A stretch of DNA of 57,152 nucleotides, the filler included, from Rhizaria sp. SCN 62-66 (Eukaryota): the NCBI GenBank assembly GCA_001724265.1. It is 2 parts of 2 records of this genome, joined end to end, with 100 filler letters (N's around TTAATTAATTAA, not from the genome) between each part and the next. Parts side by side here need not be neighbours in the genome. Positions count along the whole stretch, not along the records: positions 1 to 28,574 come from MEDY01000386.1; positions 28,675 to 57,152 come from MEDY01000387.1. One strand, given 5' to 3'. This document shows positions 22,157-33,200 of the stretch, piece by piece (the first letter of the stretch is position 1; each line of letters starts with the position of its first letter). The notes under the pieces are model-generated. The model ran no database searches. It was not told the DNA's origin and saw only the letters and a program-made list of their open reading frames with translations. The position numbers were made by a program, and so were the translations under genes.

Positions 22157-23211
22157 TTAGTCGAAGCCGGGGCCGATGTGCGAGCGGTCGAGGAACTCCT
22201 TGATGCCGCCCTTGAGGCCGTATTGGGGCTTCACAGCCGGCGCAGAGCCGGAGCCGAAGACCTGAGCCGTCGTCTTGAGCGGGCCCTGGCGGCGCGCGTT
22301 GACGCTGTTGTTCTTGACGCGGTGCACGCAGTAGAAAGTGTCCTTGCTGCATTTGTTGCAGAACTGGGTCGTGCCCTGCGGGGTGCGGCCGATGTCATAC
22401 AGCGACGGAACCTTGGTCTGGAACAGGTGCGGCGCCTCCAGGTTGCGCTGGTACTGCTCCTCGAGCTCTTCGATCACGTCGCGGCGGTCCGTGAGCGAGT
22501 TGAGCGGGTCACTGGCCTCGCTGTTGCCCTCGTAGGTGCCGTCGCCGCCGGCGGCCGCGGCGCGGATGCGGGCGGCGCGCTCGGCGTGCAGCTTGCTGTA
22601 CTCGCGCTCCTTGTGGAGCAGCTCCTTCCACTGAGACGTGCGCAGCGTGTGCGTGAACTCCGCGCGGCGGTTGGCGTCGGAGGAGCCGAAACCGGTGAGG
22701 CGCTGGCGCTGTGTATGTGACAATGGGGGTTGCAACATAGTCAGGTGTGTAATGAGATGTGAGGACAACAAATTGAGCTTGTGTGGAGAGATCATAATAT
22801 AAATTGCGAAAATTCCATATAGTGGCTAGCTGTGGCTTCAAAGAAAACATGATTAATCTCGATTTAAGTTATATAAGCAGCTCAGCGCCATCGTGTAATG
22901 TGATAACTGTACGTTCAAGCGTCATGACGCCTCGGATTGAAGTGATGATAGAAGGAATAAGGTGGGCTTTGTTAGTAATATAAACGTACGTTCTGGTTGA
23001 ACTTGATCGCAGCGTCAGAGAAGGGCTCGGGGGCGTAGGTCATCTTGGTGAAGTAACCCTCAGTCTGGCCCTCCTTGGGGATGGTGGTTTGGAACTGCTT
23101 GCCCTCGTAGCGGTACTCGCCGCGCTTCTCCTTGGGGATCTTCTTGTCGTAGGGGTCACCGATCGTGAGGTACGATTCGGCCGCCTTGGGATGCTTCGTT
23201 GATTGCATCAT
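22157..23211 (-). CDS. Probable flagellar protein with a CFAP96/UPF0602-like N-terminus, 257 aa, exons 23211-22990 and 22708-22157
   Basis: Strong GC3 bias and a clean phase-0 intron. YLTIGDPY...GKQF.T..PK....GYF resembles the recalled CFAP96 N-terminus, followed by GFGSSDANRRAEF and a C-x2-C-x6-C-x-H cluster. The gene is solid; the family call is tentative. Confidence 0.6.
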
Positions 23212-23791
23212 CTCAGCGCGCTGTTGGGGGCACAAGGACACGTGGGAGGAGGGCGAACGATGGCGAGGAGAAAGAGTAGTTCGGGAGTGAGAGGTAGAGA
23301 AAATCAAAGTAAGTATTGCACAACAAGACGCACTCCAATAGCCACATGGAATAAGAAAAAGAGTACTGACTCAACTAACAGCCATATAACAGGAATACAT
23401 AGCATTCCAACGACGGTAAGGTATCAAACTGCGATGTCGTTTCGTCTTACTTGACCACTTGAGAAACGGCGGTTCGGCAACGATCGCTCGGCTCGGTCTG
23501 GTTCTTAAAAAGTGCTGCGAAATTTGACTTGGACGGGTATCTTCAAAGCAAGATATCGCCGTCTTGCGCGCGTCAATAGCGAGTTTGACTGCATGATAGT
23601 CTTGAAGCCTTTCCGCTAGCTCTAGATATTCGTTAAGATTTTCATAACCAACCCGTCTTTGTCGTCTGCGACCCTGCCTCAGCGCCTTGCTGACGCGGCT
23701 GTCTGCACTTGCTCTGCCTACTTACTCGCTTCTCGTCTCACCTTCACACTTTCATGTTCCACCCTTATTTTGCGCTTTACAGCCCCGTCCC

Positions 23792-25513
23792 ATGGCGAGC
23801 TACGTCCTCACGTACCTGCTGTGGCTCTTCGGCGGCTTCTGTGGGCTGCACCACATCTACCTGGGCCGCACCTCGCACGCCTTTCTCTACGCCGCCACCT
23901 TCGGCTGCCTCGGCTTCGGCTGGCTCCACGACCTCTGGCGCATTCCACAGTACGTGCGCCAGGCCAACTCGGAGCCGCACTACATCGAAGACATGAAGGT
24001 CCGTGCCCGCAATCGCCCCAACACGTCCCTCGCGCGCGCCACGACGATGTTCTTCGTCGGCTCCGTCTTCAGCCGCGTCGCGCTGGCGCCCGTCGGCTGG
24101 CTCGAGCCACTGCCATCCCTGCTCTCCCCACTTGCCAGCGCCTACCTGGGCTCGCTGTCCCCGCTTTTCACGCCCCCCGCGGCCGCCTCGGCTCCCGGCG
24201 CGTTCCCCGCCGGCCCCATCCCCCTCTGGTGGCCGCTGCTGACATCGCTCGTGTCCGCGCTCGGCGCCGGCGTCGGGGTGCTCACGGTCGGCTCCGTCGG
24301 CGGCCAGCGCACCGTGAACCGCTACTACGTGCTGCTCGCCGCCGTTGTCGGCTCTGTCGTTGACGCCGTCGTCGTCGCCATGGGCGGCTCAGACGCCAGC
24401 GACCTCTCGAGCGAGATGCAGGCGCTCCGACTCATTTTCCCTATCGTCGTGTGGGCCCGGTCCTGCGAATGGGTGCCCACGATCCTCCACAGGCACGCCG
24501 TCGCCGCGCTTGCCAGCAACAGCGTACCCGCCGCCGCCGCGCTGAGCCCCAGCATCAACAGTAGCGACAGCGGCAGCAGCAACAGCGACGCGTCGGGCGT
24601 GACTGCTGCTGCCGCGGGCGGTGCTCAGTCGCTCAACGCGCCGCTGCTCTCTGCCTCATCAAGCGGCGCTTCGGACGATGATAACGTGTCCAGCTCGAGC
24701 TCGAGCGCTCTTGACGGCGGAGGCTCTGCAGGCCAGCGCCGCTGCGATTTCCCCCGTCGCCTCTTCACTGTGATTCTGTCCGTGACGGCGTTCTGGGGCA
24801 TGTGCGGCCTCTACGTGTATCATTACGTGCCCATTCCGACCGACTCGGACACACAGTACGCCGCGGCCTCAGCCGAGTACGCCCAAAGTAACGCCCCGGG
24901 GGCCGGCGGCAGCGCGGCGCCCGAGTACTACAATCACGACAACGCTCAGCAACAGCAGAAGCAGCAACATCAGCAGCAGAAGGCGAAGACCACGCCGCCG
25001 CAGCCTGACGACAAGGACGAGGAGTTCTACGACTACTTCGGCTTCGACTATAACACGCGCAACGCGCGCACAGCCCCGATGCGCGTCAAGGACGTGCTGA
25101 TCCGGATTCGCCGCTCGCGCTTCTGGTCCGACGCGGCCACCTACATCCCGCAAATCCTTTACACCGTGCATCGTGACGGGTTCGGCCGCGCCTGGGACGA
25201 CCTGGTGGGCACCATGGATCTCAACGGCGGCGAGTGGGCATTTAACGTGCTCGGGCTGGAGGAGGCCTCGGCGACGCGCCGCAGTGCGCGCAAGCGGCGC
25301 GGTGAGCTGGCGCTCAAGTGGCACCCGGACAAGAACCCGGCCGAGCGCAAGAAGGAGTGCGAGGAGAAGATCAACGAAATCAACGAAGCGTACAAGATTG
25401 TCGAGGAGGTGCTCAGCAAGAGGGAGGCCTCCGGTGCCGGTGCTGCTGCTGGCGCTGACGCTGGCGCGGCGGGTGCTGGCCGCGCGAGCCGCAGGAACAA
25501 GGACGAGTTGTGA
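23792..25513 (+). CDS. DNAJC22: DNAJC22/Wurst-like TM2-domain, multi-TM J-domain protein, 573 aa
   Basis: N-terminal TM2 motif TYLLWLFGGFCGLHHIYLGR...GWLHDLWRIPQYVRQAN, hydrophobic helices, and C-terminal J-domain AFNVLGL...LALKWHPDKN...EINEAY. Confidence 0.88.
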   Translation: MASYVLTYLLWLFGGFCGLHHIYLGRTSHAFLYAATFGCLGFGWLHDLWRIPQYVRQANSEPHYIEDMKVRARNRPNTSLARATTMFFVGSVFSRVALAPVGWLEPLPSLLSPLASAYLGSLSPLFTPPAAASAPGAFPAGPIPLWWPLLTSLVSALGAGVGVLTVGSVGGQRTVNRYYVLLAAVVGSVVDAVVVAMGGSDASDLSSEMQALRLIFPIVVWARSCEWVPTILHRHAVAALASNSVPAAAALSPSINSSDSGSSNSDASGVTAAAAGGAQSLNAPLLSASSSGASDDDNVSSSSSSALDGGGSAGQRRCDFPRRLFTVILSVTAFWGMCGLYVYHYVPIPTDSDTQYAAASAEYAQSNAPGAGGSAAPEYYNHDNAQQQQKQQHQQQKAKTTPPQPDDKDEEFYDYFGFDYNTRNARTAPMRVKDVLIRIRRSRFWSDAATYIPQILYTVHRDGFGRAWDDLVGTMDLNGGEWAFNVLGLEEASATRRSARKRRGELALKWHPDKNPAERKKECEEKINEINEAYKIVEEVLSKREASGAGAAAGADAGAAGAGRASRRNKDEL

Positions 25514-26099
25514 AGTGACTGAACCTGTTTTATGCGAGATTACGTTTGTCATATTGCTGTTTTCATGCAAAAAAATCTTTGAAAACAAGTCATTCCTCGA
25601 ATATGAATGCTTCCTTTTATTTTCATGTAGTTGTTGTTTTTGTGGCGTTTGGTCCAGGGTTGGCCAAGCATCAAGTTCTCTTTTTCACAACAGTGTTACC
25701 GTGCTGCCATTTTGTGATGTGATTTAATATGGGCACAGAACTGCGACGGTGATTTGAGCATGTTACTGAATTACATCTCATTCACTTATGATTAACGACT
25801 TGTACATGTACTCCTAAATATGTAATACATCTTTATATAGTTTATTCGTCGAAACATGTAAGCGTGCGTATCAGTTGAGTTAAACACAGTCTGACAAGAT
25901 TCGACGTGATCCAGGATGCCAAAGAAAAACACTATTGTATCATATTCGCAGGCCTTTCACTCAAAATACCCACATTCCAGAGTAGGACTGGGATATCATT
26001 GGCGTAAAATGCATCATTCTTTGCGATAAGCTCTCAGTCACTCGATAACTCCATCTCAGTCAATCAATCGATGGATCTGTAAAGCTCGTTTTGCGCACT

Positions 26100-27137
26100 T
26101 CACTGGTTGTTCATGGCGGTGGCGTCCTTGATGATCGCGTCGACCATTTGCTTCCACTCGCCCAGCACGGGGTGCTGCGCCGCCCCGGGGATGACGTCCC
26201 AATGCAGCACAGCGGCCATGACCGCGGCCGTCAAGACAAACGCAGACACCAACGCCAGCGCCTGGCCCAGCCCGCCGCAGCAAGAGCCCTGCCCGCCGCC
26301 GTTGCCGCTGCCAGGCGCGCAGCCGCGCTGGTTCTTAACGGCGTCGGCCGCATCGTCGGTGTCGTACGGCGCGCGCGCCAGTGAGGCCTTGTTGCCGCGC
26401 TTGACGGCCGCGCCCGCGGCGGCGGAGCTTTTGGGGCGCACGGGCACGTTGCTGCTGTCGTCGCTGTCGTCGTCGTGGACATGGTCAGAGGTGTACCCGA
26501 CCGCCTTCTTGATGACGTCGTTTTCAACGACGTAGCCAGGGCACGTTAGCAGGAACTGACGCAGGTTGCCCAGCGCGGCCTTGGTCTCTCCGGCCCAGGG
26601 CCCGCCGGTGAGCGCAGAAAATTTGACGCCGAAGTCCGCGAACGAGATGCTGTTGTTGGGCGTGTTGGACACGATGCGCTCGATCGCCTCCAGAGCCTTG
26701 GCGCGGGAGGTGACTTTGCCGAATTTCTCGACCTTGCGGGGCTCAGGGCGCCACGGCTCACCGCCCTTGCTAACGCCGCTGCTGCTAGAAGCGGGGGCGG
26801 CGGGCTTCCTGGGGACCGCGAGCCGCTTGAGCGCGGCTTTGACCTCGGGGTAGGTCATCGCGTCGGCGTTGAGGCTTGGCGCGAGGCGGGCCAGGCGCGT
26901 GCGCTGGTCAGCCTCTTCCTGTACAAAGTAAGCAAAAGAACATACACGCAAGAAATGTATATATTTGTGAGAGCCTGACTCAATGTGAAATCTATCTTAT
27001 GCTTTGTTGTTGGCATTCATGTTGTCGGTTGCTGAGTCACTAAGTGGACGTACCTGGGCAGCGTTGGCCTCCTGGCGACTGGTGCCGCGGCGATTGTTGT
27101 TCACGGGGATAAACTCACCCTCATCGTCGCTCGACAT
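26100..27137 (-). CDS. Hypothetical 300-aa protein with a possible LOTUS/OST-HTH-like winged helix and a C-terminal TM helix; exons 27137-27054 and 26918-26100
   Basis: Phase-0 CAG|GTACGT...CAG intron. ISFADFGVKFSALTGGPW...LGNLRQFLLTCP.YVV resembles a winged-helix/LOTUS pattern (inference). ALALVSAFVLTAAVMAAVL is TM-like. Confidence 0.6.
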
Positions 27138-28448
27138 AGTGTCTTTGCGTTTCAATAATTGAGCGAGGGTCGTGTGCACAAGAGAAGGATGTTGAGTGTC
27201 GTTGACGAGGTGTGAGTGCGATGTTCAAAGAAGACGATATCAAGGGAGACAACGCCACAATGAGACTTAAATTTAAATTAAATAGTTAATAAAACATGTA
27301 ATCACTAATGATGCTATTCAGACTCTTGTTGACGATCATATCGTTGAGATCTACCTCGTTCCTTCCCACTGATTCGCGTTCGTAAAGCTACACCACAAGC
27401 TAGTCACGGCGACTTGCCACAAGGCCTGCTCAATACAAGCCAACACCTTCGACGGTGAGGACGGCTTTTCCACATCAAGCATGCTTCACTATTTGCACAG
27501 CGATCTTTATTTTGTCCCAGCAGTCGATATTGCTTGTTGTATCCCTTCCAAAGCATGACAGACACCGTGGTAACAACGCTTACGGAGACCTCAATAAAGC
27601 GCATATAAAGCCAAAACATGTGTTTCTCAAGTACTTCGTAGATTTTCTTTCTTGACATATTCGACATTCTAATTCTACCACCCCAAAGGCTCACTACCAT
27701 AAGAGATCGCTCCAAATAAGTACCTCATCAGCTTCAGAAAGTTGGTCCAATTTCATTAGACCCAAGAAAAGACAGTATCGACCACCTTAGGCGAAAATCT
27801 AAACAGCCGGCAATACACTAAAAAGCAAAAACCATTCTAAAGACGAGGTTTAACATCACTTATTAGCCGTGTTAATGCGTTTGGGAATTCGGAAAGTTAG
27901 CTCAAGAAGGAAGCACTGGACTTGCGGTTCGCAAAAAAAGGAAGTTAAGCCGGACAGTTTGCGACTTGACTTCGGACGGGACGAAATTTTGTGCCGGCAC
28001 TGCGAGAGTGTTTTCTGGTCATCAGAAGGTCCTTTTAGCGATTTGAGTTTCTTTTCGTGAATGCCTTGACACTTTTCTTTCTTACCATTTCATTGCTGAA
28101 GCTGCGAGACGTCGTGCTGGTCTCGCGCGGATGTCGCGAAGAGTGCTCTGGGTGTGCACAGACAGGGCCGGCGAGTCCGTCCGACTCGCTGCTGCCCGTC
28201 CGCGGTGCGCAGCGCCCTCGCCTGACGTTGCGCGGTCGTGCTACACTACTACTAGGACACAACACGCTCTGTCATCGCTATACTGTTTGCCCCGTTGTGT
28301 CTTTACGCTCCCGCTGTCTCACTTTCGCTCATCGCTTCTTCCCCTGCTCTCTCTCGCCCTCGCCCTCGTCCTCCCTCTTCCTCCCGCTCTTCCTTTACGC
28401 CTCCCCTTCGCTCTCCGCTTCCCTCTTGCGCTCTTTCAGACAAGTCGA

Positions 28449-28574
28449 ATGCCTCACTCGTTCGGTTACCGCGCCCGCACGCGCTCCATGTTCTCCAAGG
28501 AGGCTGGCACTCACGGCACTGTTGCCCTGTCCAAGTTCCAGACCACCTACCGCGTCGGCGACATCGTCGACCTC
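28449..28574 (+). CDS. RPL21: 60S ribosomal protein L21e (eL21), 5' fragment truncated at contig end
   Basis: MPHSFGYRARTRSMFSK...HGTVALSKFQTTYRVGDIVD matches the eL21 N-terminus and runs into Ns. Confidence 0.93.
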
Positions 28575-28674
28575 NNNNNNNNNNNNNNNNNNNNNNNNNN
28601 NNNNNNNNNNNNNNNNNNTTAATTAATTAANNNNNNNNNNNNNNNNNNNNNNNNNNNNNNNNNNNNNNNNNNNN
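28575..28674. other. Artificial contig-joining linker (44 N + TTAATTAATTAA + 44 N)
   Basis: Exactly 100 nt with a palindromic 12-mer that places stops in all six frames. Genes on either side are cut off. Confidence 0.95.
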
Positions 28675-29200
28675 GTCATACTGGCGCAGCCGAGCGCGAT
28701 ATGACTTGATGACGGTGAGATCGAGTGGCTGGAGCAGGGACGTCCCGTGGGCAGGGACGTAAAGTAGCGTCACATCGTTGTGATAACACCACTTGCGGAA
28801 CGACGTCATAATGTGGCTACGAGCAGAGTTGCAGATAAGCACCATGGTGCAATTCTTGTAGCGACCCACAAGCGTTGTGTCGCGTAGGCTCAGTGAAGGT
28901 CTCGCCGGTCGACATTGCGCTGCTATTCACCTGAACGATCGCGTTGGACGGAGGGTTCATGCATTCCGTCTTGTTATAGTTTGAAAATGCAGTGGTGAGC
29001 TTTTTGTACACGGTGTCCATGTCTGTTTGACGCTCGTAGTACTTGAGCCCCGCGTCAATGGCCTTCTTCACCACTGTGCCGAGAGCCTTCTTCACGGCCT
29101 TCGTCGCGTCCGTCAGAGTCTCTGGCTTAGCAGCACGCGCGGCTTCGGCCGCGGCCGCGGGCGCAGGAAGAACAAGATCCCACGCGTAACATGTTTGCTA
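28675..29200 (-). mobile_element. Degraded pogo/Tigger-like (Tc1/mariner superfamily, DDE_1) transposase remnant, truncated by the gap
   Basis: VNSSAMSTGETF (compare N.KAWMT.E.F), then after a frameshift near 28870-28890 MVLICNSARSH...TLLYVPAHGTSLLQPLDLTVIKSYRARLR (compare L.LDN...H...LPPNTTS.LQPLD.GVI..FK). Confidence 0.75.
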
Positions 29201-30233
29201 ACTCCTCGAAAACTGTTAGTGGATTATTGACGAATCTCATGTTATGAGTAAACTAACCAAAGATGAGGTTGAAGATGGTATGAGCTGTCTCCAGTGTGTT
29301 TAGACGGATTTTGAAAGCGTAATCAAAGGCTGAGTCGTTGACTTTAGACATTATAAGAGATCAAAGAATTCAAAAATGTTGAAAATTGACAGTGGTCAAG
29401 AAGAAAGATTGTTAACCTCTTGTCAGGCTCAATTAAAATTTGATGGAGACTTGAATCAACGATCGAGACTTCAGGTCTAATATACGCCCCCCAGTCGTCC
29501 GAAGAAGATAACAAACAGTTGAATCACATTTCCACTTAGAAAATTAACTTAATAATCAAGATAAGCCTTTGCTCGACAGTTCTAGCTGCTCTTTGGAACC
29601 ACATCCGTGACCAAGCGTAACAACAACTGGGCGACTTAACTTGCGACTTAACTTTAGTTTGAAACAAATGGAATCATCAATTACATGTCACATTCGCAAC
29701 AAGAAAAATAGCTTAGTCAATAGAATAATTAAAAAATACACTTTATGGATAATAGCTAACGTAGTCAAATAATCCGGTCATTTCTGGTGAAACAATTGTT
29801 GGCCCTTGTCTTCGAAGAGTCAAGCAAAAAAAGCACTGTCAAAAGAAAAACACGACCAATATAGGAATCCTTTACATCAAAAACTAATATACGTACATAA
29901 TAACGGTAATATGCTTAAGTTTGGATCAAACCATGCACTCAAATTTTCTTTCGTCAATCTAATGTAGCCAACAGCGTTACAGTTGTGATAAAGCATGCGC
30001 GCAACAGCACAGAGCAACTCAGAGTATGAGCATTTTTGTCGTGCAAATGATAAACAGTGTGATAAGAGTGCGCTGTGTTCTTTGTTGTGTGTTATCGCCG
30101 ACTCGTCCGTCCACTCAAACACCAAACATCATTGCAACACAGCAACATTCGCTTCATCAACTCATTCATTAACTCGCTCATCTCTGTGTGCAGTTACTCG
30201 TCTCGCGCGCGATTGAAACACACTTCACGCACT

Positions 30234-33200
30234 TCAAGTCTTCTTACCGGCGCCTGCGCCCGCGTCAGCGCCGTCCTTGGCGCCGACCACGGGGCTGGCC
30301 GCGCCCGCAGTCTTGCGGCGCAGCTTGCGCAGCGTGGCCTGGTCAACGTGCTCGGGCGACGCCACGCCCGACGCCCGCGACAGCGCGCTGCCGGGCATCG
30401 CGCCGCCCGACGAAGACCGCGGCACGCCGCCCGCGCCGGTCAGCGAGGGCGAGTTGGCGCCGTTAGCCCACGCGGGAACGCCGGCCGCCGTCTTGCGCGC
30501 AGCCTTGCGGCGCTCGGCGGCGTCAGCCGCGGTGACGATGCTGGCGCTGCTACTGGACGCGATACCCAGCTCCGCCAGCGAGGCGTTGAGCTCTTCCAGT
30601 TCCTTGTTCACGGGCGCGCGCGAAGCGGCAACGATGACTTCTTCGTCATCATCCTCGTCGCCGTCCGCAACCTCGGCGCGCGGCGCAGCGGCCGCAGCAG
30701 CAGCAGCAGCAGGCGCGCCGGCAGTGGCGGTCTTGGCTGCAGCAGCACCCTTTCGCGCGCCCTTCTTCTTGCCCGTGCCGCCGCGCGCCGCGGCCAGCTC
30801 GGCGGCCTCGCGCGCGCGCTGCGCCTCCTGAGCCGCGGCGAGCGCCGTCGCCTCGGCCTGCGGCTTCAGCGTCGGGTCGTTGAGCATCGCCAGCGCGTGG
30901 CGGAACGCGGCCTGCACGTCGTAGCCGATCGACACGCCCTCGGGCACCGGCGACACGGGCTCGGCGGCCCGCGCGCGCGCCTTGGCCTCGGCGGCCTCGC
31001 GCTCGGCGGCCTCCTTCTCCACCTGCGCCTTGCGCGAGCCCTTGCCCGCAAAGGCGCCCTGCGGGCCCATGCGGCGCGCGCGCTCGGCGTCATCGGCCTT
31101 GCGCCGCGAGGCCTCTTCGGCGCGCTCCTTGGCACGCAGGTCCGCCATCTGCACCGCGCGCGCCTCGAGCTCCGCGCGGCGCCGGTCCTGAAACGCGGCC
31201 GAGTCGTTGTCGATCGTGGTGAGCTCGAGCTGCGTCGCCGCCGCGGGGTCGAGTCCGCGGAGCTGGGTCAGGAACATGTCGCGCAGCACCGCCGACGGGT
31301 TGTGGATGCGCACCACGGGCAGCACAGAGGCCGCGGCCGAGCGCTTGGCGGCCGCGTCGGCCTCGGCGCGCTCGGCCTCGGTCTGCGGGCCCGTCTTGGC
31401 GGCGTTGGCGGCGTCAGCGTCATCGTCGCTGTCGTCGCTGCCGTCGCCGTCGCTGCCGGAGCCGTCCTCGCCGTCGCCGTCGCCGTCGGCTGCCACGAGC
31501 GCCTCGGCGGTCGCCGTCGCGCTGTCCTTGCCGGCGGCAGCCAGGCCGAGCAGGAGGCGGTCATCCTCGGCCTCCTTGGCAAGGCGCGCGGCCTTGGCGG
31601 CGGCCTTCTCGATCGCAGCCTTTTCAGCGCGCTGCAGCAGCTCCAGGTCGTCGTCCGTCTCGACGAACTGCCGGTCTGCGGCCAGCGACGCGCGGCCCAG
31701 CCCGGCGTAGTAGTACTTCTTCATCAGCTGCCAGAAGCCCCAGATGGTGAAGATGGCGCGCACGCCGGTGAGCGGGAGCACGACCGACGTCTTGTCCAGC
31801 CCGAAGCGGTGCGCGTAGCGGTCCTGCAGCAGCGCGAAGTCGGTGTTGCTGATGTCGATCGCCGAAGGGTCGAAGTTGGGGCCGAAAGTGCGGCGGAAGC
31901 GCATGGCGGCAATGCCCATCATGGCATCTACGTAGTGCACGTAGAGCTCGGGCGTGACCTGCTCGTCCTGCTCCAGCACGACCTTCTGCTCGTTGCGCGT
32001 GCGCTTGCGGTCCTTCTGCTTCGACTCGTCGAGGTCGAGCGCGTACAGCTGATCGTTGTCGAACGCGCGCACGGGCACGGGGCAGTCGGGTAGGAAGGTC
32101 ATGAGCTCCGTGTCCTGCGGCTTGAGCGCCGGGTTCAGTCCCGAGCGGTCGAGGCCGAAGGGCGCGGGCAGGATCTCCAGGAAGGTGATGAACTCCTCCA
32201 GGTCCATGGCGAGCCAGGACTGCTTGGAGATTTCGGCGTCGGACCACAGCGCGGAGATGTTACGGATGTCGAGCATCGTGATGGGCATGGGGATGACATC
32301 CGTGGTGGCCTTAAACGAGTGCAGCAGCACGGCGATGAAGAGGTTCAGCAGGATAAACGTCGTCACCATCGACAGCGAGATGTAGTACAGCAGCGACAAC
32401 GTCGGCCAGCCGCACTCGTTAAGGTAGCCGTTGACGTACACGCAGTGCGGGGACGAGATCTGACTCTCGTGCATGTACTTGGTCCAGTCTTCCGTTGTCG
32501 CCAATATAAACACGAGTTGAATCGCGTTGCCAAACGACTCGAAGTTGATGTTCTCATTGATGTACGTCTGGTGCTTGAGCGAGCCGTAGAGCACCATACC
32601 CATGTAGGCGTAGATGAGCACGATGATGAAGAGCACGATGGCGATGTAGAGCAGCGCGAGCGCGGCGCCGCGGATCGTCGCTACGACGGGCTGCAGCGGC
32701 TTGTAGATCCTGGTCACTCGCACAAGCCGCAGCATGCGCGACACGCGCAGGATCTGCGGCCGGAAACCGCCGTAGGTGCCGCCCACCATCTCGAGGATGA
32801 AGCCGACGACGGAAATGGAGAGCAGCACCACGTCGGCGCGGTCGTAGGGGTCGGACCAGAAGCGCTTCCACTCGACGACCCAGATGCGAAGTAGGATCTC
32901 GACGACGAAGATTGCCAGGAAGACGTAGTCGAAGATGTCGATCACGTTGGTGTAGGTCGAGGGCGCGCCGGCAAAGGGCATGGCCATGATCACCGAGTTG
33001 CAGAAGATGAGGAAGCAGAGCGCGTACTCGTACGTGTTGGTGGACATGGCAAAGAAGAGCATGGAGCGCAGCTTGTTCTCGTGGAACACATCGTTGTTAC
33101 GGCGCTTGGGCGCGGTATTGAGGATGTCGGTGTAGGTCTTGAGCCACATCTTGGTGACTTCCTTGACGGTGTCGATCTTGCGGTTGGCGAAGAGACGCAT

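Noticed and set aside
27420-27700. Cys-rich fragment on the minus strand (ECRICQE...TCFGFIC...RCLSC)
   Set aside because: Interrupted by TAA/TGA, AT-rich and without a recognisable family. At best a decayed remnant.
28619-28630. Palindrome TTAATTAATTAA between N runs as a biological site
   Set aside because: It is a six-frame-stop contig linker. Adjacency of the left and right halves is not evidence of synteny.
28817-28819. TAG ending ORF 28817-29095 as further evidence on UAG
   Set aside because: It lies past the frameshift, out of frame with the transposase motifs, in a decayed element.
30075-32093. Long antisense or overlapping ORFs (672 aa here; also 18408-19382, 44108-45364, 52435-54024, 54454-55980)
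   Set aside because: Shadows of GC-rich, codon-biased genes on the opposite strand, with no recognisable motifs.
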